Shown: positions 49,722-51,093 of the stretch, piece after piece | How positions within the stretch are numbered: the stretch's first letter is position 1 | Layout of the letters: each line of letters opens with the position of its first letter | From: Lama guanicoe | Taxonomy: Eukaryota | NCBI GenBank assembly: GCA_013239625.1 | Contig: MU053684.1 | Span: 1-51,093 of the forward strand | DNA length: 51,093 nt | Direction: 5' to 3' | Position numbers and translations under genes: made by a program | The notes under the pieces: generated by a model | Databases searched by the model: none | What the model saw: the letters and a program-made list of their open reading frames with translations, nothing else | What the model was told of the DNA's origin: nothing

Positions 49722-51093
49722 GTAAGTTCTACACCTATTCATTAATTCTAGGGTTGGTTCCTGTATCGATTACACCCTTTTCTGAACATGTAAGGCCCTG
49801 ACATTCAACTTTTCCAATTTCTCTTGTTTTTACATTGGATAAATTCCTTTAAAGTTACTGATGAATATTTTGAAAGTAAAAAACCACAGATAGCAAATCA
49901 AATATTCAGCTGGTTAAAGATGACCTGAAACAAGAAATAATGCTTATGAACATTTTTTGCAAATTGTCACCTATGGAAAAAAGCTAGCTACTAATATTTT
50001 TATTATTAGAGTTTATAAATACTTTTGGTAGGAAATTTTAAAAGTAGGTGACAGAAATAAAATTGAACCAGCAAAGTTAAATTCACTGAGATCTTATTCA
50101 CTCAGAAATATATAATTATTGAAGGCCTACCATGTGCCAGGCTCTGGGAATACAGTAAGGACCAAAATAGAAGATACTATCCTTCCAGAGTTTATATATA
50201 AATCTGAACATTCTTGACATGTTTCTCATCCACAGAAGTTGAGGAAAATTGGAAGAAAAAGTAATTTATTTCTCTCACTTCTTCTAGAAATTGAGTTATT
50301 GCATCTGACCAATATGTTTTAGTAGTATTAAGAAGTAAAGTATATTTCTGTCTTCATTCACTGAACAGTATCAATGAGAGAGCCATGGTCTCTATATCTA
50401 GATTGATGACACCTGCAATTCTAAGAAATTCCCTTTCCTTTTGATATTTATCCTCTCTTCACTGCTAGAATATTTATGACTTTATACAAAGCATAGATTA
50501 CAAAGATAGATGAAAAAAATAAACATGATTGATTTTTTTCCTAGTAAGTTAAAATGTCCCACTAAAAACAAAACAATTTTGTATACTTAAAAAGACTTAT
50601 GATATGGATATAATAAAGATCATATATTATTGCCTGAGGAGGGAGTCAGAAAAAGTGAACTCTGTCTTCATTTCTGACAGCTAGAACTGCTCATGGTCAT
50701 TTATCTTTGCATACACATCGACCAACTTCTTTCCACCTGGATTACTGAATAATACCTGGAAAATGAAACTGATAAACAGGAATAATTGAGAATGTGATGA
50801 AAATCTTGGGATTAGCACTACTGACTTTTCAAGAAAATATATTTTCAACTAACTATAAGAGAGAAATGACAGAGAAAAGTGGGAAAACTCATGAAAGAGT
50901 GAGCAATGAGAGAAGGGAATAGAATGAAAATGGAAGCAAAATTGAAAGGAAATAAGGCTTTTCCGGCTCTGTGGTATTTCAATTTCCAAGCAAAACTGGC
51001 TGATAAAAGGAAGATAACTCACCCCTTCTCCACCTGTCAAAACTACTATGTAGCTGTAAAAGGGACACTAAAGTAACTCGTGTAAAAGGCTTG

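Overview
Eukaryotic (mammalian) genomic DNA, very probably camelid, judged from a tRNA-Ala-derived SINE resembling the camelid Vic-1 family. The gene content matches the MHC class II/III boundary. (1) 179-2935 (+) is the 3' half of a butyrophilin-like gene: four 21-27 nt phase-1 exons plus the B30.2/PRY-SPRY exon. (2) 9562->49721 (+) is TSBP1/C6orf10, which the ORF track misses because it is split into a 13-nt start exon, an 87-nt transmembrane exon and at least 27 symmetric phase-1 micro-exons of 15-39 nt (16 are exactly 21 nt). Spliced by hand these give a stop-free 244-aa reading: MAVLEITLAVIFTLLGFAILAILLTRWTRRKQKEIDVSRYSSEQSASLLDYEDGRDFSSQRSKRGRGFQHSYSTESGTSYDDREGYKGNYTPSANSLAPSRSSIALLQGSVSDTKGLKATPEPLSSTAGAITGAIGPIMQFTAPIPGATGPIKLSQKTIVQTPGPIVQYTGPSAETSEMSTSGSSSGSSIQANAGSTPHAITGSVPQALTGPSSAPGGLPMAPIMISQRTSTRPEKPKIRQEEP. 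The gene continues past the window. The array shows signs of birth and death: a ~320-bp duplicated intron-exon module, dead or frameshifting micro-exons and a tandem competing donor. The rest is LINE-1 (several with TSDs, one 5'-intact copy), LTRs, MIR, L2, MER5 and microsatellites, with assembly gaps. Gene and repeat names come from recalled similarity, not database searches.
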